Shown here piece after piece: positions 1-11,902 of a DNA stretch of 64,000 nucleotides. Under the pieces are notes generated by a model. It was not told the DNA's origin, searched no databases, and saw only the letters and a list, made by a program, of their open reading frames with translations. Position 1 is the stretch's first letter. Every line of letters begins with the position of its first letter. The translations under genes and the position numbers were made by a program. Origin of the DNA: Octopus vulgaris (lineage: Eukaryota); the NCBI GenBank assembly GCA_951406725.2, contig OX597829.1, positions 47,306,001 through 47,370,000 of the forward strand, read 5' to 3'.

Positions 1-460
1 CTTCTTCTCTCTTCCCCTTCCCTCTTTCTCTCTGCTCCCTCACTCCCCTTCTCTCTCCCTCTCCCCCTCTCCCTCTATCCTCCCTCCTCCTCTCCCTCTT
101 CTTCTTCTCTCCTTCTCTTCTCCTCTCCTTCCTTCTCCCCCTCCTCCTCCCTTCTCCTCCCTCCTCTTCTCCTCTTTCCTTCTCCCCACTCCCCTCCCCC
201 TCATCTTATCTCCCCCTCATCTCATCTCACCCTCACCACCCCTCCTTCTTTCCTTCTCCCCCTCTCCCCCTCCTCACTCTCACCTTTCCCCTTCTCCCTC
301 CTCTTCTCCTCTTTCCTTTTCCCCTCCTCTTTCCTTTCCTCCCCTCTTCCTTTCTCCCACTCTCCCACTCCCCTCTCTCCTCTCCTTTCTCTCCCCCTTA
401 CCTCCCTCTCCTCCCCCTTATCTCCACCCTCCTCCTCCTCCCCTCTCTCCCTCATCTCCT
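1..460. repeat. Irregular C/T polypyrimidine low-complexity tract
   Basis: Almost only C and T with no stable period. Possibly noisy (CT)n consensus at a contig edge. Confidence 0.85.
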
Positions 461-639
461 GTCTCTACATCACACCATACAACTTTACACATCACATCAT
501 ATATACATACACACGTCCAGACCTCTCATACGCACTACATACTCTCTCATACACACACACACTCTTATGTTGGGGCGAGGTCACTTGACCCTGTTATCTC
601 CCCTAATTTCGCTCTTGCGTCTCACGTTTGATCTTTGAC

Positions 640-866
640 TTCTGGCCGAAATCAGATCACCATGTTGATTCGCTAGACTCTGCACGCATTTTTTCTCTCT
701 CCTTGTTTCTTTCCGTGTTTCTTTTCTGTGTATCTTTCTGTTGAAGATCGTAGGCTCGAAACGTAAAAGACTTGTTTTATTTATATTCCTGAGCGCCATA
801 CTAATACAATTGTTTGTTTGTATTCCACCTGCCTTCGTCTTTTGTTTATTTTCATAAAGCTTCCCG

Positions 867-870
<4 letters not shown>
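640..870 (+). mobile_element. Short Penelope-like repeat (family H1) ending in (AT)n
   Basis: Homologous to 42710-42910, 44099-44195, 41358-41459 (-) and 1770-1890 (-). Carries a minimal hammerhead motif and abuts (AT)n. Confidence 0.7.
733..770 (+). ncRNA. Putative minimal type I hammerhead ribozyme, A6U core variant
   Basis: TCTTT-CTGTTGA-A-GATC-GTAG-GCTC-GAAA-CG-TA-AAAGA. Stem I is TCTTT/AAAGA, stem II is short, stem III is palindromic ACGT, triplet is GUA. Confidence 0.55.
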
Positions 871-934
<64 letters not shown>

Positions 935-1799
935 AATACCGGAGTAAACACAAATGTGAAACAAGGTGGAAAAAATACTCAAATACCAGGTGTATATAAT
1001 ATATATTTATTTAAATAAAGTATATATATATATACACCAATTAAGGACTGCACGCGAAAAGTGGACAGTCAACATGCTAGATATAGACGTCAAATCGCCA
1101 TTCTCCACAAAAAGTTTATGTTCTCAGATCAAACTCAACAAAACCAAAGCAATAAACAAGTGAAAAATATACGAAATAAATATTTACCCATGTACTAAAT
1201 TTAGTTTCAGCCATTATTTTCCGCAAGGAAAAGTGCAGCATCATCAGCATGGTCCCATATAAAATATAATTTGCTGGACTAAATGCCAACACGACACCAA
1301 AATATCGCGTGCATGGAGTCCGGCCTATTACATTTGAAATATATATTTCAAATGCTTTTACTTTTGGCGCGATGAGACCCGAGAAAACTAACATATATAT
1401 ATATATATATATAGTTGATGAGTATTCCGTTAAGAACCTATTAGAGTACAAAATAAAGCTCGTTCACCATTAGAATTACCAGATACCCGGCAGTATAATG
1501 GTATAGTGCCTCTTATATATATATATATATTACATACATACATACATACATATATACATACATACAACCAGGTGTATCAGTTTGATACCCGATACCGGGC
1601 AGTATAATGTCATATTGCCTCTGATATATATATATATATATTACATACATACATACGTACATACATAAATACATGCATACATACATATATACATACATAC
1701 ATACATACATACATACATACATACATACATACATACATACATACATACAAACATACAACCAGGTGTATCTGTTTGATTCTCGAGAAGGAAGGGAAAAGT

Positions 1800-1836
1800 C
1801 TTCGAGGTTTCGGGGCATACGCTCTTCGACGGAAAG
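1800..1836 (-). ncRNA. Degenerate copy of the H1 hammerhead motif
   Basis: Minus strand reads CTTT-CCGTCGA-A-GAGC-GTAT-GCCCC-GAAA-CC-TC-GAAG. Confidence 0.4.
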
Positions 1837-1895
1837 GGATGAAAGGTAAAGAAGTGGAAGGAGAAAGAAAAAGCGGAGAGCGAAAAAATTTGTAT

Positions 1896-2315
1896 CAGGA
1901 GTGGCTGTGTGGTAAGTAGCTTGCTTACCAGCCACATGGTTCCGGGTTCAGTCCCACAGCGTGGCACCTTGGGCAAGTGTCTTCTACTATAGCCTCGGGC
2001 CGACCAAAGCCTTGTGAGTGGATTTGGTAGACGGAAACTGAAAAGAAGCCTGTCGTATATATGTATATATATATGTGTGTGTGTGTGTGTGTATATGTTT
2101 GTGTGTCTGTGTTTGTCCCCCTAGCATTGCTTTCCAACCGATGCTGGTGTGTTTATGTCCCCGTCACTTAGCGGTTCGGCAAAAGAACCGATAGAATAAG
2201 TACTGGGCTTACAAAGAATAAGTCCCGGGGTCGATTTGCTCGACTAAAGGGGGTGCTCCAGCATGACCGCAGTCAAATGACTGTAAAGTGTAAAAGAGTA
2301 AAAGAGTAAAAGAGT
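1896..2315 (+). mobile_element. tRNA-derived SINE family A (internal (TA)n/(TG)n, AAAAGAGT tail)
   Basis: A-box TGGCTGTGTGG, B-box-like GGTTCAGTCCC, ACCTTGGGCAAGTG central motif. About a dozen homologous copies or fragments in the window. Confidence 0.9.
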
Positions 2316-2477
2316 ATATATGTACATATGTCTATATACGTATATACATATATCTATACATATTTACGTGCCTATATATATAAAAATATGTGTGTGTGTG
2401 TGTGTAGACTCGAGTTTTCACCACTGCTCTGTTTAAAAGATAATTAAGTCGTCATTAAGCGTTGAGCACTCCACTCC

Positions 2478-2509
<32 letters not shown>

Positions 2510-3184
2510 CCTCTCACTTTCGTTCGACATAAAGCCTCATACGTGTGTGCGTGCGTGAGTCCGTGCGTGTGTGCGTGCGTTCGTTCGTGTGTGCGGGTGC
2601 GCGCGCGCGTGTTCGTGTGCGCGCGTGCGCGCGTTCCTATAACCTGCTTCCGTGTCTATGTCGCAATGCCTTCACTTATTATATCTGTTATATCCCACGC
2701 AGTCGTTGAGACACGTGAGAAAGCGGTTAATTGAGTTAAAATATACAAGGGATTGGAGATGCTAATGAGATGAAAATATGTAAATTTCTACGGGCGAAAT
2801 CTATGGATACGTAGTGAAAAGAAAAAAAAATTACTTTTCGTCTTTTTTTTTTTTCTTCATTTTTTTTTGTTATATTTATTATATTATTATAATAACTATG
2901 GGCTCGTCTCGATTCAGTCAGACACATGGCAAACTTTTTTTTCTACATTTTACTGAATTAACTTATTTTTCTAAATGATTCGCGATTGAAAATATATGCA
3001 TGTTACCACGATAAACAGACTGCAAGAATATTTATTTTATTTCAAATTCATTGAGTAAACGTATGAATGGTGTAAATGTATTCCAGAGAACAATTATCCC
3101 ACATTTTCATTTATTTCATTTATTTTATTTATGTATTTATTTATTTATTTATTTTTTGCTTTTTTTATTTTTATTCATATATAT

Positions 3185-3410
3185 CCTTTTATTCTTTTAC
3201 TTGTTTCGGGCATTTGACTGCGGCCATGCTGAAGTGTCGCCTTTACTCGAAAAAAATCGATCCCAGGACTTATTTTTTTGAAAGCCCAATACTTATACTA
3301 ACGGTGTCTTTTGCCGAACCGCTAAGTTACGACTACGTAAACACACCAACATCGGTTGTTAAGCGATGGTTGGGGGACAAACACAGACACATCAACATAT
3401 ACATATATAC

Positions 3411-3474
<64 letters not shown>

Positions 3475-3624
3475 GCGCAGGAGTGGCTGAGTGGTAAGTA
3501 GCTTGCTTACCAACCACATGGTTCCGGGTTCATTTCCACTGCATACCACCTTGGGCAAGTGTCTTCTACTATAGGTTCGGGCCGACCAAAGCCTTGTGAG
3601 AGGATTTGGTAGACGGAAACTGTA

Positions 3625-3667
<43 letters not shown>

Positions 3668-4053
3668 TGTGCGCGTGTATTATGTATGTGTGTGTATATA
3701 TGCTTGTGTGTCTGTGTTTGTCCCCCAAATCGCTTGTGTTTACATCCCCGTAATTAAGCGGTTCAGCAAAATAGACCAATAGAATAAGTACTAGGTTTAC
3801 AAAGAATAATTCCTGTGGTCGATTTGCTCGACTAAAGGCGGTGCTCCAGCATGGCCGCAGTCAAAAGACTGAAACAAGTAAAAGAGTATATGACGAGCTT
3901 TTTTCAGTTTCCGATTACCAAATCCATTCACAAGGCTTTGGTCGGCCCGAGGCTATAGTAGAAGACACTTGCCCAAGGTGCCACGCAGTGAGACTGAACC
4001 CGGAACCATGTGGTTCGTAAGCATGCTACTTACCACACAGCCAGTCCTGCGCC
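3185..4053 (-). mobile_element. SINE family A, split by a nested opposite-strand copy
   Basis: 3' half at 3185-3415 and 5' half at 3889-4053 on the minus strand. Confidence 0.85.
3474..3887 (+). mobile_element. SINE family A, full length, nested in the microsatellite of another copy
   Basis: Starts GGCGCAGGAGTGGCTG and ends GAAACAAGTAAAAGAGT. Confidence 0.9.
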
Positions 4054-4280
4054 TATGTACTTGTAAATGGGTTAGGGAAGCTGTAATGTGAACGATTCTT
4101 TTTGTGCTACTTCAAGCAGCAGATTCCGAAAGATGTAGAGAAAGGGTGAAGCCATTAATCTCAGGACAAGATTAGGTTTTCGTTTATCACCTCTAGTCGT
4201 TACAGCTCATTCATGACACTACAATAGAAGTCTTCCCGGTTAAACGCAAGTATTTTCCCCCTGTCGGTATAAGCCATAGC

Positions 4281-4516
4281 TTATAGGTGGCTAGCTGGCA
4301 GAAACGTTAGCATGCCGGGCGAAATGCGGAGCCGTATTTCGTCTGCCGTTATGTTCTGATTTCAAATCCCGCCGAGGTCGACTTTGTCTTTCATCCATTC
4401 GGAGTCGATAAATTAAGCACCAGTTACGCACTGGGGTCGATATAATTGACTTAATCCGTTTGTCTGTCCTTGTTTGTCCTCTCTGTGTTTAGCCCCTTGT
4501 GGGTAGTAATGAAATA
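4281..4516 (+). mobile_element. tRNA-derived SINE family B with 15-bp target-site duplication
   Basis: Flanked by direct repeat GGTATAAGCCATAGC (4266-4280 and 4517-4531). Central CTTTCATCC..CGGRGTCGATAAATTAAG resembles the Meta-SINE domain as I recall it. Confidence 0.85.
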
Positions 4517-5027
4517 GGTATAAGCCATAGCGTTAGTTCGTTCTATTTTTCTTAACAGAGATATCGGTGTGGTTAGACATTGCTTTCCCCAACTGGATGT
4601 CGGTTGGCTCACAAGGAGCTCTGCTAACTGAATTATCAGCTCAAAAAGGAATAAAAAGTAAGGAGGACTTCCGTGGGTTTTTTTAAACTCTGAGTAGAGG
4701 GCCGGAAACAAAAATACCTCACGAACGCTCCTTTTAAATATCATATTGTAAATTATCGAATAAACATTGTATATTACTGATATTTACTTCATCGTCAACG
4801 TAGACATCAATAATCATAACTTCACGTAATTAGGCCAGTTGCAAGATGTCCCCACTTACGGTTAGTTAGGCCAAATGTTTGTGATCTGTATGATCAACTG
4901 ACATAAAATAGGATAGGAATCCAGTTATTTAAAACTGAACGCGTTAGTGTCGGCGTGAAAAACTTACAGAGGACGAAAAAACGACTGTTGAAGAAGGTAA
5001 TCGTCAACAGGTGGTAGAAATAATATT

Positions 5028-5820
5028 TATTTCTTTATTGCCCACAGAGGGGGGGGGGCTAAACATAGAGGGGACAAACAAGGACAGACAAGGGGATTAA
5101 GTCGATTATATCGACCCCAGTGCGTAACTGGTACTTATTTCATCGACCCCGAAAGGATGAAAGGTAAAGTCGACCTCGGCGGAATTTGAACTCAGAAGGT
5201 AACAACAGACGAAATACTTATATTTTCATTACCCACAAGGGGCTAAACAAAGAGGGGACAAACAAGGACAGACAAACGAATTAAGTCGATTACATCGACC
5301 CCAGTGATTTACTGGTACTTATTTCATCGACCCCGAAAGGATGAAAAGCAAAGTCGACCTCGGCGGAATTTGAACTCAGAACGTAACGACAGACGAAATA
5401 CCTATTTCTTTACTACCCACAAGGGGCTAAACACAGAGGGGACAAACAAGGACAGACAAACGAATTAAGTCGATTACATCGACCCCAGTGATTTACTGGT
5501 ACTTAATTTATCGACCCCGAAAGGATGAAAGGCAAAGTCGACCTCGGCGGAATTTGAACTCAGAACGTAACGACAGACGAAATACCTATTTCTTTACTAC
5601 CCACAAGGGGCTAAACACAGAGGGGACAAACAAGGACAGACAAACGAATTAAGTCGATTACATCGACCCCAGTGATTTACTGGTACTTATTTCATCGACC
5701 CCGAAAGGATGAAAGGCAAAGTCGACCTCGGCGGAATTTGAACTCAGAACGTAAAGACGGACGAAATACCGCTAGGCATTTCGCCCGGCGTTTTAACGTT
5801 TCTGCCAGCTCGCCGCCTTA
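5028..5820 (-). mobile_element. SINE family B: one head plus four tandem ~184-bp bodies
   Basis: GAAATAC junction recurs at 5211, 5395, 5579 and 5763 (period 184). Single head at 5763-5820. Confidence 0.9.
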
Positions 5821-6107
5821 AAGAGAAATGATATTAGAGCAGAATCTTCAAGCCGGAACAAACCATGTGGCAATGTAAAGAAGTAGATTGGAGGGGGAAC
5901 TGGTTGGCCGTTTAGTAAAAGATGTTCTACATGAAAACATTCGCATCCGACGATCTACAACGAAAATGACTCTTCGAAAATGACGTGAAACAGTAAGGTT
6001 AGCTTGCTCGAGCTAGGGCGATTGCTCTTGGACATGAGAGAATGAAAGTTGCTCAAAGTCCGTTTAGTGGCGAGATCGGGGAACAAAAAAAATTTACAGC
6101 TTAGTCT

Positions 6108-6470
6108 TCTTGGGCAAGTGTCTTCCACTATAGTCTTGGTCCGACTAAAAGCTTGTAAGTGGATTTAGTAGACAAAAACTGAAAGAAGCCTGTTGTGTGT
6201 GTTTGCGCGCGTGTGTGTGCGTGGGTATGTGTGTGTATTTGTGAATTTGTGTGTGTCTTTGTGTCTGTGTTTGTCTGCCATCACTGTAACTTAGCAGCGG
6301 TTCAACAAAAGAAACCAATAGAATAAGTGTTAGGCTTTCAAAAAAAAAAAAAAAAAAGTAAAGATGGAAGTCCTGGGGTCGATTTATTCGACTTAAACCC
6401 TTCAAAGCAGTACCTCAGCATGGTCGCACTCAAATTACTGAAACAATTAAAAGATAGATGATAAAAGATA
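6108..6470 (+). mobile_element. SINE family A, 5'-truncated and diverged
   Basis: Begins at CTTGGGCAAGTGTCTTC and is collinear with the other copies. Confidence 0.8.
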
Positions 6471-6656
6471 AGCGATCAATATTTTAGACAAGATGCTCTC
6501 AAAAAGATTATTAAATTTTTTTTTTTTGTTGGCATCGAGGATGGTGCTGTATGATTCCTAACAGATTTTTCAGAATAACTTCTAACTCATACGATACATT
6601 ATAAAGAATGCTGGTAATATAGATCTGAATGCAGTTAACCTCTGATCAGCTTAGAT

Positions 6657-7212
6657 CGGTGGTTCTCAACCAGAGTCCACATGGCCCCTGAAGGTCCATA
6701 TAAGATTTTTGGGGCGTCCACATAACAAAATAGTAAACTGGAGATCGACAATGATATTTTGTTGGCCCCTGAAAAAAAAATTTGCATTAGGTGTATGGGT
6801 ATGGTTTCTTTTTCTGCCATTTTACATATTCGAACCTACACAAGTTAATGTGCGAAAAACAAAATAGGAATTTTGAAAGAAGTACCTATAAAGGTAGTTT
6901 TTAAACATTGAATGGCTGGGGGGGGGGGCACTAGAATAAAATAGTAATCAAAGGGGTCAATTAATAAAAAATGGTTGAAACCCCTTCATTTAGATGTATG
7001 TATTGGCAGTTATTGTAAGAAACAGTTAGGTTTCTTTCTCTAACAGTTTACATAGTTCAACCTTTACAAGTTAATGTGTGAAAAGCAAAATAGGAATTTT
7101 GAAAGAAGTTTCTATAAAATTAGTTTTTAAACACAGAATGGCTATAGGGGTTCACCAGAATAAAATAATAAACAGAGATATAAATAAATAAAAAGTGGTT
7201 GAGAACCCCCTA
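6657..7212. mobile_element. hAT-type MITE with internally duplicated end
   Basis: Termini CGGTGGTTCTCAAC...GTTGAGAACCCCCTA. Near-perfect 8-bp flanking repeat GCTTAGAT/GTTTAGAT. Homologous to 63167-63712. Confidence 0.7.
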
Positions 7213-7477
7213 GTTTAGATCAATATAAAGTGATCTGAACAGTCGAATGTCACCGACAAGCGGCAGTACTATCAGTAACTGGTTTTATACCTTTTTTTTC
7301 TTTCTTTTTGAGACATTTATGAATTTTTGTACACTTCGAACGTTTCTACTTTTATTTCTCCCCCACCCCACCCCACCTCCGCCACCACCATATCCACTCT
7401 GTCGATTTCAATGTAAACCCAACACATTTTTGTAAGCTATCTTTGTAATGAACTTATTATTATTTTGGTTTGACTCA

Positions 7478-7605
7478 CGTTCGGTCTTATTCCTGGTAGG
7501 AATTACATGGGTAGCGGGTTACTACCTGTAACCTTAGGTATCCATCCACATGTTTTCAGCTGTCTTTCAAGTGCTTGGAACCCTCCTGATAATCCTTGCT
7601 TCAGT
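7478..7605 (-). mobile_element. 3' end of R4/Dong-type (RLE) non-LTR retrotransposon
   Basis: Minus strand encodes ...ARIIRRVPST* followed by a 3' UTR similar to 7912-8030. Confidence 0.65.
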
Positions 7606-7911
7606 CATTTGTCTATATCTTTGCTTACTGTTCCCGACACACCGATTATTTATAGGCACGACCTTTACTGTTCACATACTGCAAATTCTAGTTATTTCAA
7701 ATTTTAGAGAATTGTATGTCTTTCGGTTTCTTTTTTCGTCCTCTTTCTTGGAATCAAACCCACATGCTGGGTCGATTAGTAAGTAGTTTCGCTTTTCCTA
7801 ATTGTTATATCCGCTTTTCCTAATCTGTAATTGTCATTTTCCTTATAATTATTATTATCATCAACATCATCATCATTGTTGTCGACGTCGTCGTTGCTGT
7901 TTTAACAAAGG

Positions 7912-9530
7912 ATTGGTCTTATTCCTGATAGAATTTACGTGGGAAGCGGATTACAACTCCTAAATTAGACATTCACATGATTTCAATAGGACATCAAGTG
8001 CTCAGACCCCCTTCTGATGATCTTCTCTGTTTCTGAGAAGCAAACCTTCTATAGAAGCTCTACAGGATATTCCGTTCCAATCTCCTTTATCCATTTACCT
8101 ATACCATCACCCACAGCCCCTAATGCACCGATATTCGCAGGTACAATTTTTGCAGATTTCACACTCCAAATCCTCGAAATCTCAAAATTTTAAGGGATTG
8201 TATTTTTTCAACTTTTCATCTGCTTTCTTTTCAATCTTAATATCAAAAGGACACGATAGATCAATCAATATGCAAATTCGATTTTCCTTGTCTATTACCG
8301 TGGTATCTAGCTTTTTATACTCCATCCTCTTATCCATTTCAACGAGAAAATACCCGATGATTGTATGATGTACTTCTTGCTTCAAACCTCCATTTTTTGA
8401 CAGAGCTTCTAATATAAAACATTCACAGTTTGATCATGCTTTCATTCTTTAATATTCTATCTGGGCCAACTTGGGGCGTTCTGCAACAATGTACGCCACT
8501 GTTTCATCCCAAATTCCACATACACTACATTTTACTAATACCTTCTTCCTACACACATATTTTTCAAGTCAATCGCCCATTATTCTACTAAGTCCATATT
8601 TTCTGCCACTCTAAACATGTTCGTTGTTTTACACATCCAACTGTGCAGTATCATGTCGTATGCTTTTTAAAAATCCAACCATGCTACATCCAGTCCCGTC
8701 AATCTGCATCTGCGGTTTCTGATTATCTTTTTATTAAGTAACAATTGGTCTTCAGTTGCCATACTTGGCCTCCTGCACTCAACCTGTTCCACGGAAGTAA
8801 ACAATTACTTTCTCGATGACGGTATAACTTTTCCGACCAAACATCAGTCGTAAGATTCCACGTAATTGGAAAACAGGCTATAGGTGGACAATTTGACATG
8901 GAATTTTAAAGATACATGGTTCGTCCGTTTGTCATCCAGGTAGGAACGTTTCCATGCTGCAGACATTCATCAAGGTATGCAGCAATATTTTCACGCAACT
9001 GTAAAATTATTCAAACAGTAACTTTGCATTCCATCCGATCCTAATCCTTTCCAGTTTGGTATTTTTTTTTTTTTTCAATTCAGTTTTACTGAGTACAAAT
9101 CAACCCTGACGTCCGTCTCTTTCGGTATTCCAGAAAGTTGTTTCTCCACTTGTGTTAGCCACTCTGCCACTTTCGTCATGTCTCATTGATCTGTTACAAA
9201 AGTCTCCCCACAAAATGCTCTACTTTCTTCCTCATCAAGAATCACTTGATGCACCTCTGAAAAAGATGTCTTTAATTCGATTGAGAAAAATCGCTTGTTT
9301 TCAAAACTCATTCCCTGCACGTCCGACACCAACAGGGAATTTCTGAGTACTCGTACTATTGCTAGATAATCTTTGAACATGTACTGAGTTCATCTACAGG
9401 GTTTCTAGAAATACTCCTTGCTAGGCTAGCTTCTTGAGGGTTTATTTGCCGGTCACCCGACAATACAACAGGTTTTACCGCATTCCATATTACCTGTAGC
9501 ATTCAAGAGAAACCTCACAAATAACCTGTT
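7912..9530 (-). mobile_element. Decayed R4/Dong-type non-LTR retrotransposon (RT and restriction-like endonuclease remnants)
   Basis: Frameshifted peptides such as VIDKENRICILIDLSCPFDIKIEKK..EKLKKYNPLKF (RLE), WLDF*KAYDMILHSW (RT) and C-terminal KIIRRG.ST*. Confidence 0.8.
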
Positions 9531-9535
9531 ATAAA

Positions 9536-9710
9536 CACATACATACATACATACATACATACATACATACATACATGCATGCATACATACATACATAAAT
9601 ACATACATACATACATACATACATAAATACATACATACATGCATACATACATACATACATACATACATACATACATACATACATACATACATACATACAT
9701 ACATACATAC
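9536..9710. repeat. (CATA)n microsatellite
   Basis: Direct reading. Confidence 0.95.
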
Positions 9711-9793
9711 AGAATGAGAGAGAAAGAAAGGGAGTTGCGAACCAAAGCGTATGTTATGCTACAGAAGGACAGGTAACACGAAAATTATATTAC

Positions 9794-9848
<55 letters not shown>

Positions 9849-9859
9849 ACTGATTAAAT

Positions 9860-10970
9860 TATTCGGGGGTCTCGCTTGGTCCGGACCTCCAAAAAGGACA
9901 AGCTCTGTGGGGAGGTGATGAGCAGAAATGGGCAGGGAGGAAGCTGTCCCTGAAAGGTCGGGCGAAGGTGTCTAATGCGTACATCACTTCCATCATCTAC
10001 TACCGCCTGACCATCGTCCCTTGCCCACCTTCGTGGATGATCAAGTTTGGGCGCTTGCACCTCCGCTTTATGTGAAAGGGACGTGCTCCGCTCGTCAGGC
10101 TGTCTATCTGCTGTCAACAGCCGCTGAGTGGAGGGCTGGACATCCTTGGCTAATGATGCATAGACACTCGCTGAGGCTGAGACATCTCCAGCACTTTCTT
10201 AACGGTGAAGAGGTGTGGTCACCGTTTGTCAAGGACAATTCTCCGCAGCTCGTGTCATTGACAGAGCCACAGTCCTGGATCAAGCGTAGATCAAGAAAAA
10301 ACACTTGGTACCTGGAGTGTCAGCAAACGCCCATAGCTCTCTGCCAGTCGGGCAACGCGGTTGGTGGAAGTTCTATAGGGGATTAGTAGAGGGAAAGAGC
10401 GAAAACGTACTCGAAGAAATTCTGGGCGTCGGGATCAACTAACTGTTCTTTTTTCGGGGTCCTTTGGATAACTTCCAGAAATCCCTGGCCTGGCAGTACT
10501 ACCTTAGAGCTCTGCTGGTCCCAGACAAGTTCTACAGACACGGAAGTACTATGAGACGGAGCTATCCGAGGTGTGCGCGGGGCGAGGAAATCGTCCTCCA
10601 TGCACTCGTCCAGTGTCAGTGCATTACTGACCTGTGGATCTTTGTCGAACAGTTGTTGTTGCGTGAAGGATGGATTCGGTTATCGTCCGAGTCAATTTTG
10701 AAGATCGCCCCGTCGCCTTCCTTTGACCGTGAAGGGAAGCCAGTTTTCCCCTGTCTGGTGACTATGGCGAAGGAGGTAGTGTAGTGGACGAGATTGAAAG
10801 GACTGACGGCAGATACTTTCCTCTTCGGCCAAGAACCGCTCCGACCTTTTCAAGTGGAACTTGAAAAGGAAATTGAGAGTAGAGAGGGAAGTTCTACTCA
10901 CTAATAAATTTGTTGAAAGGTGAGTGCATGTGGCAAGGATAGTGATGAAGCCAACACTCATCTTGGATTA
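9860..10970 (+). mobile_element. Tx1/L1-clade LINE 3' ORF2 fragment (decayed)
   Basis: W.GRKLSLKGRA motif and zinc-knuckle-like PRCARGEEIVLHALVQC. Homologous to 47680-48790 and 32355-32560. Confidence 0.75.
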
Positions 10971-11039
10971 AGAAACGTTCAAAGAAACTAGCTGGATCTG
11001 TCTCAAGAAATGTCAGATTTTCCCGTGATATGATTAGTT

Positions 11040-11609
11040 TGATGCACTTTTAATCAGGTGTCAGATGTGGCTCCCACAGAGGAGAAACCTTCGTCATGCC
11101 AAGTTCATAGTGTAGAATATTCTCAACTCTCCCACAGGATATGCTAATAGCATTGGCTATTTGATTTATAGTCAATTACTTGCCATCCATCACTATGTTG
11201 TGAATATGCTTAATATTTTCTTTGGTGTTGGCAGTTTCGGGACATCCAGTCCTTGGGTCATCTTCAAGACTCTTCCGTCCCCAACTAAATTCAGCTGCCA
11301 ACTTTTGCACTCTTGATAGAGTCGGTGAATCTTCCTTTAATGTAGCAAGCACATCAACATGAATGTCGTTGAGAGAGAAACCATTTTTCTGCAGGGACTT
11401 GATAATACCACAATGCCAAATTTTGTCGATTTTCAAGTGAAGTCACTACTGGTTACTTTTGAAGGGTTCTTTGAACAACCAGATGTCAGTTTGCCCGGAA
11501 AGAAACAATGCAGTTATTAATAAGGGTTAAGATTAACGCATGAAAGATTTCCCAGCTCTAGCACCATTTCTTCATAATCAGCCTATGAACCTTTCAGTCC
11601 ACTCTCGTA
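11040..11609 (-). mobile_element. Mariner transposon 5' remnant (transposase pseudogene)
   Basis: ORF 11176-11436 is a mariner HTH N-terminus (...AAEFSWGRKSLEDDPRTGCP). TIR-like TACGAGAGTGGACTGAAAGGTTCATAGGCTGA at 11578-11609. Confidence 0.8.
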
Positions 11610-11902
11610 AACCATCGACAGATTAAACGTATATTAGCATTTTTTTTTCACATAAAATGTGGGAAAATAAGAGCTAAATGAAGATTCTTGTAACTGATAA
11701 TCTCGTATGCATACTCTGGAAATATGAGTGTAATTGTATGTATGTATGTATGTATGTATGTATGTATGTATGTATGTATGTATGTATGTATGTATATATG
11801 TATGTATGTATGTGTTTATGTGTGTGTGTATGTATGTATGTATGTATTTATTTATGTATGTATGTATGTGTTTATTTATGTATGTATGTATGTATGTATG
11901 TT

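Noticed and set aside
5028-5820. Regularly spaced repeats resembling a CRISPR array
   Set aside because: The whole 184-bp unit repeats, there are no unique spacers or cas genes, and the context is a eukaryotic SINE.
8014-8050. CTGATGA-T-CTTCTC/GAGAAG-CAAA hammerhead-like motif
   Set aside because: G12 is missing, there is no stem I, and it is the antisense of the R4 ORF end (KIIRR).
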